A DNA stretch of 64,000 nucleotides from Octopus sinensis (GCF_006345805.1 NC_043011.1:48868464-48932463), one strand, 5' to 3'; counted from the first letter of the stretch, positions 39,507-53,814 are shown. Notes: a model not told the origin generated them from the sequence alone. Numbers and translations: made by a program.

Positions 39507-40369
39507 AATTCTAAGTGCACAAAAATCACTTCCACACAATGCACAGACTCTCATAGATATGATTTATTTATCTTTTTGGTTATGCATATAAATTGATTTA
39601 TAGTATTTCCACCTTTTTTTCTCTTTATCAGCACTACTATTATTCATATTTATCTATCACAATAATTATTGTTACTACTTCTAACGTTTTTTCAACTTTA
39701 TATTTGCACCGATTAATATAATTAATAGATTATACATTATATTCTATATTTTGCTTATAAAACTTATAAACTTTATACATATACGTATTTCATATATTAA
39801 ACATATTATACAAAGGTATATGGATGTACATATGTGCATATATATCTGCATACGCAAACGTGTATATATATATATTATATATATATATATATATATATTA
39901 CAGTGTACGCTTATTGTACGCTGTATTTTATATGAATGATATATAGTCTATTGACTAATTTTTCTATACGCCAGGCCACTAGTAGTAAAAATTTCTATAA
40001 TCTTTATTACCCTGATATTATTAATTACATATATATATATATATATATATGCACATATCCTTTTATCTTATTTCATAGTTTCTGTTCCTTTTAAATGCAT
40101 CAGTATACAAAATGTATATACATATTTTGAAATAATATTCTTCTCTTATATTGGAGATTTATATATATGAATTGCTACTTGTATCTTTATTATCCTTATT
40201 TTTTCACACCTACCACTTCATAATGATTAAAACACTTTTTCTTACATCCACTTTCACCACTATTTTATGTAAGTTAGAAAATTATTTATGAATATCACTA
40301 TAGTTTTCTACCTCTTTCGTCCATAACTAGCTTCTCAATTCATATTGTAATTTTTTAATAACTAACATA

Positions 40370-40740
40370 CTCTTTTACTTGTTTCAGTCATTTGACTGTG
40401 GCCATGCTGGAGCACTGCCTTTTGTCGAGCAGATTGACCCCAGGACTTATACTTTGTAAACTTAGAACTCATTCTATCGGACTCTTTTGCCGAACCGCTA
40501 AGTTACAGGGGCGTAAACACACCAGAATTGGTTGTCAAGCGAGGTTGGGGGGACAAACACAGACACACAAACATATACACACATATATATACGACGGGTT
40601 TCTTTCAGTTTCCGTCTCCCAAATCCACTCACAAGGCTTTGGTCGGCCCGAGGCTATAGTAGAAGACACTTGCCTAAGGTGCCACGCAGTGGGACTGAAC
40701 CCAGTAAGCAAGCTACTTACCACACAGCCACTCCTGCACC
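40370..40740 (-). mobile_element. SINE family B, near full length, flanked by a 95 bp direct repeat
   Basis: 40275-40369 is about 90% identical to 40741-40835. Confidence 0.85.
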
Positions 40741-42809
40741 TAGAAAATTTTTTATGAATATCACTATGGTTTTCTCCCTCTTCTGTCCATAACTAGATTC
40801 TCAATTCATATTGTAATTTTTTGAGAACTAACATAGTAAACATTAATAGCATTGTTAACATTAAAATATAGAAATGTGTATTTCTTCGAAAAATCTTTCT
40901 TACCAATTTACCTTAGCCATATCTCCCTACATTGTTACCTTATTCAACCTCTCAAAAAAAATTCCTTTTTCACTGTACATGTTTTTTTGTTTTTCAATAA
41001 TTTTAACCACAGCAAGAATTTTCTTTCTTGACTCTGTAATATTAACAACTATTGTTCTTTTTTATAGTCCTTCCTGCTGAAACAAAAACAATTGCAGCAT
41101 GGAAGGTGTTTATAAGCCATTTAAAAACAAACAAAAAAACCGTTAGATATTTGACTGCTATTTGTAGTTGATCAAGTTGCCCGCAAAGATTCCCTCATTG
41201 GCATATAATCTTCCGGGTGTCCTTAAGTTTGTGCAGGTTGCTGAAGTGATAGAGCCATGGGCCAAATATCTTTTGGAGTTCAGTGTCCTTCCTCTATATT
41301 GTGAATTCAAATTCTATTGTAATCAATCTCTTTATTCTTCTAACTTTTGTGATGGAATGTGGCCAAGTGGTTAGAATGTTGCATTTACAATGGCCAGGTT
41401 ATGGTTTCAATTCCCAGAGGGGGTGGCATTCTGTATTCTTGAGCAGAACACTTTATTTACTTTGCTCTAGCACTATGTGAGGACCAGCATGCCAAAGAAT
41501 AAACCCAATGTTTCCACTGCATCTTGTGAAAGGAATCAAAGAGGTTGAGGCAGAATTTGCACTCCAGCTCCAAAAGACCCACGTCAGTAACTACAATCCA
41601 AACAGACCCTAGGGTCGGAGAGTTGTCACCTGAATGGTACAAAGGTGCAAAGGAGTAGTGGAAAACCAACAAGTGTTGGATGATGCAGCAATATGATTTT
41701 CCATTACAGCACAAACCTCCACCTTGCTGCTACTGTTGCTACTGCTGCTGCTGTTGTTGTTGTTGTTGTTGTTGTTAAGCAACAAGACGGGTAAAGGTAA
41801 TTAGGTGATGGTCTAGGGCTTAGGGGAGACCCCATACCTTGGTAAAAAAAAACAAACTTTGGTCATCTTGTTGTAGTCGAGGGCTCTTCGTTGACGCCCA
41901 ACACCACTGGAAGGAGGCCCTCGAAGTCGCGGAAAATGAAGATCTCCAGGTCCAAATTCTTGAACGGCTGCTACTGCTGCTGCTACAACTATTACTACCA
42001 GTACTACTACTACTACTTAATTTGAGAAAATTTGTTCCAGACTATTATTGAAGTGTAGTAAACTGAATATACCTACCTTTCAAAACTTATAGTCATATAC
42101 TTTAGGACATATAAACCATGGATTATTAGATTAGAGTTAATCTTTTTAACCACCAAAAAGCCGAATGATTTTGAAATTATCAAGGACGATAGATATACCT
42201 GTTCCAATTTGAGTAAGTCACTAATTGTAAAACTAGCAACAATAAATGTCTTTACATTAATTTCATTGTACCAAAGGCAGTTCATATTAAAAAAATTTTT
42301 TTCTGAACTTTTCTCATGAAAAGATCTCTAAAACTTTCAGATGAGCAAAGGAAATAAGAATATTGAAATAAAGAAAGAATTTGGAAACTTAACAAATTAA
42401 TGGACACATTTTTGCGAAACAACAAAAACCCAAAACTGTTCTTTTTAATGTTTTCTCTTTATTAGGGTAAGAAAGCAGTAAAAATGCACTAAAGAAACTT
42501 GATGTAATATTTTTTCTTTTTATTATTAATTTGCAGTGTTTAGTTGCACGAAAATTATTGTCTAAGTTGCGCTAACATAAAAATCTAACACAACATTGAG
42601 AAGAATAACTTCACAGCAATTGCTTCGGGAGAGAATCCAATTTTGTTACAGACACTTAACGAAATAAGGTAAAATAGATTTTTTGGTTAATTACCACCAA
42701 AAAGTAAACAAATACAATAAAAAAAGAAACAAAAGAAAAAGTTTAATTTTGTTTTGTATTTCTGCCAGTAATACATGAGAGAATTAGTTTAATTTTGTGT
42801 TTCATTTAT

Positions 42810-42848
<39 letters not shown>

Positions 42849-42931
42849 CATACATGCATATATATATATATATTTATATATATGTATTTGTATATGTGTA
42901 TAAATACATGTACATATGCATACATATACAC

Positions 42932-42980
<49 letters not shown>

Positions 42981-44109
42981 TATATATATGTATGTATGTA
43001 TGTAGGTATACATATACATATATATTTACATGTACGCACATACTTTTGGAGAACAGGTAGGAGAAACAGAACTTAATGCATGAGAATATATTTATTTTGT
43101 AATCAGCAGGAAGTCACAAAATGTTACTCAAGGGCCAAGAGCCCCTTATCAAAGCATATATGCATGCGTGTGTGTGTGTGTGTGTGTGTACGTGCACTGG
43201 CATGTGTGTACGTGTGCATACATATATATATGTAGACCAGAGTAAGCACATAAACGTATATATAGCAAAAATGATTTGAGTTATGCAATGTATTTGAACA
43301 AGAAAGACAAATAAGAGCATACTAAATGCCATACAAGATAAGATTTTGAATTTCTTCATTGAAATTATCTCCATTTCCAGAAAAAGCAAAACAATCAACC
43401 TGCTAATGAGAAGAGGAAATAATCTCCCTAATCAAGAAGTCTACGAAATTCACATGCTGTTTAGGGAAAAGGGATTATGGTTATCTGGAGCCAAGAAGAG
43501 AGCTGAGAAAATGTGTTTCTGCCTCAATAGGCACCATCAGCACAGCACTTATTTGAATATGTTTGTATATATGTTTGTGCATATGGGTATGTATATTGTG
43601 TATATGGGTGTATATATTGAGCATGTAAGTGTGATTATACAGATATATTATCATCACAAATGTTAAATAGTGATGATGATGATGATAATACATACACACA
43701 CATTTGTATGTATATATGTATATAGTCATGGTTCATTTGCAAAAGGAGCAGGAACAAATAAGTGTTGTAAACACAATTTCCAGGAAGGAATGAAGATTTA
43801 CCTTTCATGAAACAAAGTTGCTTTTAATTGATAAGTGCCGGCTGCATGAGTATGCAGGTTTGTCATACTCTAAAGTGAAAAGTGGTTGACCATAATTCCA
43901 AAATGAATTTCCTTTCATGTGGGCAGCAGGCATTGGTGAAGGAATTGCTGCAAATTAGCTTTGTTTTTGGACATAGCCTATGATGGAATAAACCATATAA
44001 TACACCTGTTGAACAATTAGTTTATTAGAAATACATGCTTGTATGTATCAAATAAAGTATGTGTGTGTATATATATATATGTGTGTGTGTATATATATAT
44101 GTGTGTGTG

Positions 44110-44144
<35 letters not shown>

Positions 44145-45364
44145 ATAAAGATTCAGGTGAATAAGGCACTTAAGTGTTAAGGAACTTAGTCGTTTGGCAA
44201 AAGAGACCAATAGAATAAGTCCTGGGGTCTATTTGTTCGACTAAAGGTAGTCACCAGGCAGACACACACATACACACACACACACACATCTATACATATA
44301 TACATATACATACACACATATATATATATACATATATACAGACACATGCATAGGCAGACACACATGCACACTCACAAACACACATACCTGTACATATATA
44401 CATACAAATGCATATATATACATATATACAGACACAAACATAGGCAGACACACATGTACACACACAAACACACACACACCACAAACAGTCATAGCTAAAA
44501 TGCAGGGTAACATTATTCAGTATGAATAGTAGGTGTTCTTTATTTATCTGGGATTGGTGATTCAAATTTGTGCTTTAAACAAAAGGCAAAACAAGGAAAG
44601 AGAAAGAGCAGAGAGAGGAAAATAGAAAAAAGTTAATGAAGGACAATAAATTATAAACAGAAAAAAAAAAACAGAACAAAAAAACAGAACTGAAAAGTAA
44701 CGTAAAAAAGAGAAAAGAAGAGGGCGGGAGAAACAACACAAATCCAAAGAAACAGAAATAAATTTGGAAACGTAAAGAAAAAGAGACAAAATAAAAAAAG
44801 AAAGAAAATAAACAAAAGGTGAGAAATGGGGAAGAAAAACAATGAAAAATAAAAAAAAATATAGAATGGAACAGAGAATTTAAGAATTGAATTGGAAAAG
44901 AATCTAAAAAAAAAATGACAATTCGAAGAAACCTTCAGGTAAAAAAAAAAAAAATGGGTGGAAAGTAAAAAAAAACAAAACAACAAAATTCATCCAAGAA
45001 AATGAACTTGTTTAAGAATTCAGATAATAATGAAATATATGGTGCTTGTTATTGTTGTTGTTGTTGTTGTTGTTATCGCAAATTATAAATAGTGTTCGTA
45101 TTGAAAACATTAATTAACTGACCGTATATTTAGCAGTGTGATTTTTATAATTACACACTAGATCTTTAGGATAAGTAACACAATCAATTAAATTTTGTTT
45201 TATTTGTCTATATGTACATGGGTATATGTGTATCTGTGTATGTGTGTGACTACACACACATATATATTATTATCATTATTATTATTATTATTATTATTAC
45301 CATTATCATTATTATATAATATATCTTATATATATTTGTATGCATATATGTATGTGTGTGTGTA

Positions 45365-45396
<32 letters not shown>

Positions 45397-45513
45397 CTGG
45401 AGTAAATGCATAAATGTGAAACAAGGTAGAAAAAAGAGTACTCAAATACCAGTGGTAGAGTAATATGCTCAGAGTAACAGGTTTTGTTGAATTTTCTGCT
45501 GCTTTAAATAAAG

Positions 45514-45544
<31 letters not shown>

Positions 45545-45576
45545 AAGCAAATGGAATTCACAAGATTCTCTACTAT

Positions 45577-45678
45577 TCACTATGACTGTTTCCACTCATC
45601 GTGCACTGGTGGCTCATGGATGAGATACTCTCTATAAACAGTTGTGCAGCAAACGTACAGGTGTACCTCATCAGGTGA
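45577..45678 (-). ncRNA. Degenerate hammerhead core
   Basis: The minus strand reads TCAC CTGATGA g...g GAAAC AGTC aTA GTGA. Stem I is TCAC/GTGA and stem II is poor. Confidence 0.35.
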
Positions 45679-45781
45679 CATCAGATAGCCAAATACTGTG
45701 AACAGATATTAAACAACATACTACAAGGGGACAAGGTGTATACCCAAATATGAAACTATTACCTATGGCTATATATGAATA

Positions 45782-46163
45782 CTAGCAGTATCGCCCGGCG
45801 TTGCTCAGGTTTGTAAGGGAAATAACTATAAAGCATTTTTAGAGAGTTATAGCCAAACAATAGCAAAAAAATGGAAAAAAAATTATGGTAAATTTTTTTT
45901 TAGTTAAAAAGGTGGAGTTGCGTCCCCTAGACAGTCTGTGGTTTGTGTTTCTGATTGTCGACCCCATGTCGAATTTATCGATTTTTTTCAGAACTGGGGG
46001 AACTTTTCAAAATTTTCGCTGCGTTAGTTTTGAATTATGACATTGGGCTATGTGTGTGTCAAGTTTCATCAGAATCGGTTGAAAGCCGTGGTCAGGGTGA
46101 GGGTACAAGCAAACAGACACACAGAAACATGCACAGACAAACTGCCGTTTATATAGAGAGAGA
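45782..46163 (-). mobile_element. Non-autonomous Helitron
   Basis: Minus strand a|TCtctctctatataaacggcag ... cctgagcaacgccgggcgatactgCTAG|t. Confidence 0.75.
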
Positions 46164-46238
46164 TATGTATATATAACGTAAGTTCCGTGATGGTAATATC
46201 AAATCAACAAAAAGCACTCCATCTGGTGATAGATAAAT

Positions 46239-46356
46239 ATTATTTAATAGACACAATGCATGTTTTTATGTGCTACTAATAGTTTCATATGTTGAGAAAT
46301 ACCTCAGACATATGAAACTTAGTAGCATATAAAACATGTATTGACTATTAAATAAT
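46239..46356. repeat. ~55 bp-arm foldback
   Basis: attatttaatag...tgctactaatagtttcatatgttgag / ctcagacatatgaaacttagtagca...ctattaaataat. Confidence 0.75.
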
Positions 46357-46463
46357 GTATGTATGGAAAGCTTTTCTAAAGAATGAGTACACGATTCTTA
46401 CTTACATGATTCTTACTATGTATTTTTAGTGATAGTTAGAATTGCTGGAAAATGCATATTTGG

Positions 46464-46509
46464 TCCACAGCAATGTTTCACCATCATGTGGCTCATCAGG
46501 TAATGTGGA
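46464..46509 (-). ncRNA. Minimal hammerhead core with CpG-type decay
   Basis: The minus strand reads TCCACAttac CTGATGA GCCA catga TGGT GAAA CaTT gc TGTGGA. Confidence 0.5.
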
Positions 46510-46675
46510 GTAATTTCTTTGGTTCAACCCTTATATATTTAAAAACTATACAACATTTAAAAAGAAACAGTTATAATCCAATAGCTATCTTTGAAATGTT
46601 TAGGCTTTTGGCTGATTATTATTAGGTACTGTATCATGGCATCTGGTCTTGCACACATGTAGATGTTCTTAAGTC

Positions 46676-47055
46676 ATCATCATTATCATTGTCATTGTCT
46701 GATGCTGGCATGAGCTGGATGGCTTGAGTGATTCCAATGTATCCAAGAACTGCATTGTGCTGCAATGTCTGTCTTGGATTGGTTTCTATGGCTGGACGCC
46801 GTTTCTAATGTCAACCTTTTTAACAGAGTGTTCTGGGTGCTGTTTATATGGCACCATCACCAGTACTGTTTACATAGCACTAAAACTAGTGTTTTTTACT
46901 TGGCACCAGCATCCACACCAATGTTTTTTAGATGGCATCTTCATTTTAGAATCTCAATTTTGTTGTGGTGGGTGTTCTTCTTCCACATATCTCAGTCCTC
47001 TGTCCTCTCCTTTGTAAAACCCAGCCTTTTGAGATCAGCCTTCGATTATGTCATC
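46676..47055 (-). mobile_element. Old RTE 3' end (family A-like)
   Basis: catcatcattatc...gctggcatgagctggatgg...ggtttctatggctggacgcc. gagatcagccttc is shared with 24931. Confidence 0.55.
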
Positions 47056-47230
47056 AATTTTGATCCATAGTTAAGGTGGGCTTTTGTTTTTAAGTGTTAT
47101 GAATAGCAAAAGAGTATTCAAGATGTGACTGTTAATGGGAGAGAGGGAAACACAACACCAAGATGGTATTCATTTACGGTTGAGTAGACTGGAGCAGTGT
47201 GAAAGGATGTGCCTTGCTCAAAGACATAAC

Positions 47231-47261
<31 letters not shown>

Positions 47262-48024
47262 TGTTTATGTGTTTGTGTATTACATTCTCCTTGCTTTGAC
47301 ATTGTGTAATAGTTGTAAATATGTGTCACCATCATACAAATGATGTCCCTCATTTTCAATCATCCATGAATAGTTGTCTGGTGACGGGGAAAATATTACT
47401 TTACTTAGAAACAGTTGGAACCTGGTGACAGGAAGAATATCCTGCTATGGAAAATCAGGCTCAACAAGATTCCATGTGACCATGTGAGCACAGAAAAATA
47501 GACATTAAAACAAAGATGATTATGATGATGATGATGGTGATGTTGAAAATGCTGGTAATATTTCCCCATGACCTGACAACTATTTGTGGAGGACTGGAAA
47601 TGAGCAATGCGATTTGCATAATGGTGACACACTGTCTTGTTCTCACTATCCTGTTCTTGTTACCACTTTCACCCTCCACAAAAAATCCCAAATTTATTTA
47701 ATTTGTTTTGCAGGAAGGATTGTTTCAATGAAGTCGTGTATTGTCCTTGCCTTCGAAATGCAGAGTAGATGAAACAGGGGACAACTGATGAAGGGGAATA
47801 TTATTTATGTTGCATGTCTCGTTTCTTTGTTTGCTTTTTTCATTGTTAGAAAAAAGTTCGTTTTCTACGTTTTTGTTTTTATGTTTTCATTTCTCATTGT
47901 TTTCAAAGTTTTTTTGATGTCCTGTACCGATATATGCATGTATATACATATATATGTAGGTATATACATACATGTATGTATATATGCATATATTTATATA
48001 TTATTCATATTATTATATATAACA

Positions 48025-48240
48025 GCACCCCTGTGGTGCCACATAAAAGCATCCAACACACTCTGTGAAGTGGTTGGCATTAGGAAGAGCATGTGGCCAT
48101 TAAAAACCATGCTAACTCAGACTGACTTCTGATGCAGCCCCACCTCCAGTTTGCCAGCACTGGTCACACTGTCCAACCCATGCCAGCATGGACAACAGTT
48201 AAATGATAATGAGGATGATGATGATGATGATGATGATAAG
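48025..48240 (+). mobile_element. Family A copy
   Basis: gtccaacccatgccagcatggac...ttaaatgat(gat)n. Confidence 0.7.
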
Positions 48241-49354
48241 GATCATGATGATGATGAAGATGAGGATGATGATGAGGACTAGTTTCTTTCAGGTTCTGTG
48301 AACCAAACTGACACACAAAGCATTGTCAGTGTGGGGCTGTAGTAGAAGTCACTGGCACAAGGTGCCACACGGTGAAATGAACCTGAAAGCATGTGGATGA
48401 GAAGCAAACTGCTTACCAGGCAGCCATTGCTGCATCCATTTTATTATTGTGTTTAAAAAATTATTACTTCCCCAGGTATACATTAAATTAATAATAAAAT
48501 GAATTCGTGTATTAGGCATAGCTTTTGTCTAAAATGTGCTATCAGATATTATAGTTTAAATTATCATTCTTCAAAAACCAAATATGTGTCTGTAGCTTGT
48601 GTCAGATCTGATTTACAACTTTCTAAATGTATAATTATGCTGATTTATCTAATCTTAAATTCATTTACTGTCAATTTCAATGCAATCTATTCCATTCTGA
48701 TTAATGTTAGGCTATGATACTAGCTGTATTTCACATATGTTTTGTAAACAGTAGTTACATTTGTGGGTGTTAACATTGTCTGTGTTCTAGTAATTTCAAT
48801 TATTCATTAATTTTTATTATCAATAGATGATAGTGCATTAGTGAAGTTTATTACTGTTCAGCAGTTCATTTTTAATGAGTTTAGGCTGAAAATTTTTTAT
48901 ATTGATGTTCATGCAGAAAATGCACTTTTATAAGCTGGAGAAAACGTTTCCAATTCAAGTGTTAAAAATAACTAAATATGGTGAATTAAACCTCCTCATT
49001 TTTCTCATACATTTTCTCTTGCTAGCTGTGTGTGTTTGTAATATTCAATAGCTTCTTTACACTTTTGACATTCAGATTACTTTGTCAGATCTAATGCTCA
49101 TTTATTCCCATTGCATTGAAGTAATCATGCAATATCTTGTGTATGTGTGTATGTATGTATGTATGTATGTATGTATGTATGTATGTATGTATGTATGTAT
49201 GTATAAGTATATATATATATATATAAATATATATACTCACACAAACATATACATACATATTGCCCAGTCATCCTAGATTCACTCATGGGGTGTTTATCTC
49301 CCCTTTCAGTGTGTGTGTGTGTGTATATATATATATATTTATATACACACGCAT

Positions 49355-49441
49355 AAGCAAGTGTCTTCTACTATGGTCTTGGGCCGACCAAAGCATTGTG
49401 AGTGGATTTGGTAGATGGAAACTGAAAGAAGGAAGCCCGTC

Positions 49442-49489
<48 letters not shown>

Positions 49490-49685
49490 ATATGTTTGTG
49501 GGTCTGTGCTTGACAACCGATGCTGATGTGTTTACATCCTCATAACTTAGCAGTTCAGCATAAGAGACTGATAGAATAAGTACTAGGCTACAAAGAATAA
49601 GTCCCAGGGTCGATTTGCTCAACTAAAGGCGGTGCTCCAGCATGGCCACAGTCAAATGACTGAAACAAGTAAAAAGAGTAAAAAA
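49355..49685 (+). mobile_element. SINE family B, 5'-truncated
   Basis: gcaagtgtcttctactat...ggcggtgctccagcatggccacagtcaaatgactgaaacaagtaaaa. Confidence 0.8.
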
Positions 49686-50557
49686 ATAGAGTATATTTAC
49701 ACACACACTCAGATGCTCACCCACAGACAAACACATACAAACACTCAAACACAAAATGAAGTTTCAGTTTATAAGAAGAATTAATACCATGACGACAAAA
49801 AAAAAACAGCCTTCTACTCAATTTACACTATTTGAATTTATCATAACAATTGAATTATGGCAGTTTGTTTCTGCCTGATGAAAATGTTCAACAGATAGTT
49901 TAAGAAAAAACTTTCCAGCCTCTCTTAACTTGATTAAATACCGAAAGATAAATATGTAATACTTACTTTTAATTTATTTTATTAGGTAGTATAAACAACA
50001 CAATATAGTACATTTTATTTATTGGTAAACAATATTTTAAAATTTATTATAAATATATAATGCAGATGAAAGTGAAAGTGTGAGCAGGTTCTAAGTGTCA
50101 GCATAACAAAAACAAAAAGAACCTATATGATATATTGTACATAACCTTTTTTAATAATTAAACAGAAGAGGTTATATAAATTTCTCTCTCTTTAAATTTG
50201 TCTATACATGGTTGTTTCATTTTAATATTTGCTTTTCCATTTTTGCATTTCTTTGAAATTAAACCCATTAGATTTCAATAATTTCATAGAAGTTAACTCA
50301 TCTATGGGTGATGTCAGCTAACAAACGTTTCTTCTAGGTTTGGTTATCAATTGCCACAGTGGTTATCCCAAGTGTTGGATGAATATCCTGTTGCAGAGAC
50401 ATCAGGGCAACCTCGTATTTTTTTATAAGACAACTGCTTGAGACTCTGAAATTTTTGACTAATGCCAGTATAACAGTATATTACAGAATTCTGTGTGTGA
50501 CTTTTACCTGAGAATGTACCTTAAGAATATGAAAATATAAACAAAGCTATGTATACC

Positions 50558-50684
50558 TATAGGCCAACTTACGACCAAATTGACTTGCAACCAAATCGAC
50601 TTACGACCAAATCGACTTATGACCAAATCAACTTACGACCAGTCAGTCAGAACCAATTGTGGTCGTAAGCTGACAACAACCTAT
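50558..50684. mobile_element. Tc1/pogo-type mini-MITE with 16 bp internal repeats
   Basis: acttacgaccaaatcg-like units start at 50567, 50583, 50599, 50615 and 50631. An inverted tggtcgtaag lies near the right end, with tatagg...cctata termini. Confidence 0.55.
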
Positions 50685-50715
50685 ACTAGTAAAGATTGTT
50701 TGCCAACATAACATG

Positions 50716-50879
50716 GCAGTCCTGGTTTAGGACTAATGCTGCAGTAATTTTAGCCCCAGGAGACATCATCTCCAGCTGGCTATATGACATGATCTGTGTC
50801 CTATGTTATCGAACAAGCCAGCTGGTGACGATGTCTCCTGGGGCTAAAATTACAGCAACATTAGTCCAAAACTGCTGCT
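50716..50879. repeat. ~65 bp-arm foldback, probably a MITE
   Basis: gtaattttagccccaggagacatc...ccagctggct / agccagctgg...gatgtctcctggggctaaaattac. Confidence 0.8.
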
Positions 50880-50943
50880 GAATATCTCACATTGTGAGAT
50901 TTTAAAAATAGTAATTTTCTGACCTATACCAGTATTTGGTTTG

Positions 50944-51168
50944 GGGAGGTGCATGGCTTAGTGGTTAGGATGCTAGACTCATGATCATATAATTATGATC
51001 TCGATTCCTGGACTGGGCAAGGAATTGTGTTCTTGAGTATATCACTTCATTTCATGTTGCTTCAGTCCACTCAGCTAACAAAAGTGAGTCATCCTGCTAT
51101 AGATTGGGATATTATCTAAGTGGGGAATATATAGGGCATGGAAACTGGGAAATTGGCCCTTATGAGAC
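50944..51168 (+). mobile_element. SINE family E
   Basis: ggaggtgcatggcttagtggttagg...tcgattcctggac...tgtgttcttgag. Confidence 0.7.
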
Positions 51169-51171
51169 TAT

Positions 51172-51640
51172 CATCATCATCATCATCGTTTAACATCTGC
51201 TTTCCATGGGTTGGACGATTTGACTGAGGGCTGGCAAACCAGATGGCTGCACCAGACTCCAATGTGATCTGGCAGAGTTCCTACAGTTGGATGCCCTTCC
51301 TAACGCCAACCACTCCGAGAGTGTAGTGGGTGCTTTTACATGCCACTGGCACAAGGGCCAGTCAGGTAGTACTGGCAATGGCCAAGCTCAAATGGTGCTT
51401 TTTATGTGCCACCTGCACAGGAGCCAGTCCAGCGGCACTGGCAACGACCTCACTCTAATGTTTTTTTTTTTTCCACTTGCAACCAGCGCAAGTGCTAGTA
51501 AGGCAATGCAGGTAACGATCACACTTGAATGGTGGTTTATAACGTGCCATCAGCACGGAGGCCAGATTGTTGCTCTGGCAACGATCTCACTCATATGGTA
51601 CTCTTAGCGCTCCACTAGCACGGATGCCAGTCATCGACTT
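51172..51640 (-). mobile_element. Family A copy with about five internal units
   Basis: (CAT)n cgtttaacatctgctttccatgggttggacg... Confidence 0.8.
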
Positions 51641-53158
51641 TGATACTTTTCTTTTTTCTGCTTGGTTTGACTTCATCATTACAACTTATACGTGAGGTGG
51701 TGAACTGGCAAAAATCATTTGCACACAAGGGAAAATACCCAACAGCAGTTCATCCATCTTCAGTCTGATTTTAAATTCTGTTAAGGTCTGTTTTGCCTCT
51801 GATCCCTTTTGGGGTCAATAAGATAATCACCAGTTGAACACTGGGGGTTGATGTAATTGTCTTAACCCCTCCCCTGAAATTATTGGCTGTGTGCCAAACT
51901 TTGCAACCATTTTCACAACTTACACACACACATAATGGGTTCTTTTCAGCTTCCATCTACCAAATCTACTCTCAAGGCTTTAGTTGGCACAGGGCTACAG
52001 TAAAAGCTACTTGCCTAAGATACTATGCTGCAGGATTGAACCTAAAACCACGTCGTTGGGAAGCAAGCTTCTTAATCACCAAGTCATTCCTACACACATA
52101 TGTAAATGAATTAGCATTGGCTAATTTTTATGGTGTTTTCGCAGAGAACTTTTAAAACATAGCAGTTAAACCTCCCTCAAATCAAACATCACTATATTTA
52201 AAAACACAGTTGATAATGGTAATCTTTATATCCAACTTAATGTAGATCCCTAGTTAGAACATCAAACGCTGCATTATTAGCCTTGAGAGATCCTCTCATA
52301 AGGTAAACCCAAGTACTCTGTAACTGGAAAACTGGATGGAATGATCATGGCTGGAATGCCTTTTGATCTTGACAGGGCCAAACAGTAAAAACTTTCTTTT
52401 ACATTCCTACAACGTTTCCTTGTTGGCTCCCTCTAGTGGGTGTTTTCTTTTGATCTTTATGCCTGTGAGTTTGGATAGCTCCATTTATGTGTGTGTGTAC
52501 ATATATGTACCCGTGAATGTGCAACTGTGTATGTATGCATGTGCATGCCTGAAGGTGTTTGTTTATGTGACTGTTTGTGCACCTGCATATGTTAGAATCT
52601 CTTTTTCTAAGTAAGGTTTATTATCTGAAGACACACGATTGGATGTGAAGCCAAGCATCTGTGCATGTATGCTTGCGTATTTGTGTGCGCGTGCATGCGT
52701 GTAAGGATATTTTCATATATGTCATTTCCATTGTGTCAGTCTTTCTCCTGCCTCCTAAATCACTGTCTACCGAGTGGAACAGCTTTTAACATAAGCAACA
52801 AGGCGTTGTGTGCTTGGTACTTGCTCAGATACTCACAGAGATGCTGCAGAAGTTAACAGACCTAAAACCTCATAACAACTAACCTTTTACTCTACTTACT
52901 AAATCACATCAACATAAAAGTGCAATTGAGTGTGCATATATATATATACACACACACACACATGTATGCACACACACACGAGTGTGTGTATGTTTATATA
53001 TATATATATACACACACACATATATACCTATATATATATATATAAATATATACACACACATATATACCTATATATATATATATATATATATAAAGAAAGC
53101 AATACTCTAGTATTGCATTACTAATATATATATATATATATACACATCATTTATGTGC

Positions 53159-53201
<43 letters not shown>

Positions 53202-53385
53202 TATATATATGTATATGGATAAACAGATACACATATACATACATAAACATATATACATATATAAAGGTGTATATAACATATTTATACATGCATGTGTATA
53301 TCTTAATGAAGATATCTAACTGTGTGTGCAAGTGTATAAATATATTACTACACCTATATATACACAAACATACACTCACAGAAAC

Positions 53386-53439
<54 letters not shown>

Positions 53440-53814
53440 CATATACACATATGCTTGTATACATATATATATATATACACACACGCACACACATATATAC
53501 AGACATTTCCATAGTGGACTAATCTTTGATCTTGTATAGATGTTTTTCTTGTTCTTGTTTTCCATAAAGTTTTCCTATAGAAATATGATCAAGTTAGGTG
53601 ACATCAGAGGTAAAACTAAAACCACAACAACAAAACACACACAAACAAACAACTACAACAACAACTACAACAACATTCCCTCTCCAAAATGGCGGCTTAC
53701 ATATAAATCAGGGTGAGAAGAATATAAAACTGACTTATGAAGCTGGGTTATAAAACCAATACCAATGAGAGTTATAAAACTGATATCAATGAAAGTATAA
53801 AATAACATAACAAG

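Noticed and set aside
47715-47930. CTGATGA at 47785 as a hammerhead; similar partial boxes at 429, 20559 and 52625
   Set aside because: No correctly ordered GAAAC...GTH with closing stems. They may be decayed PLE ends but are unsupported.
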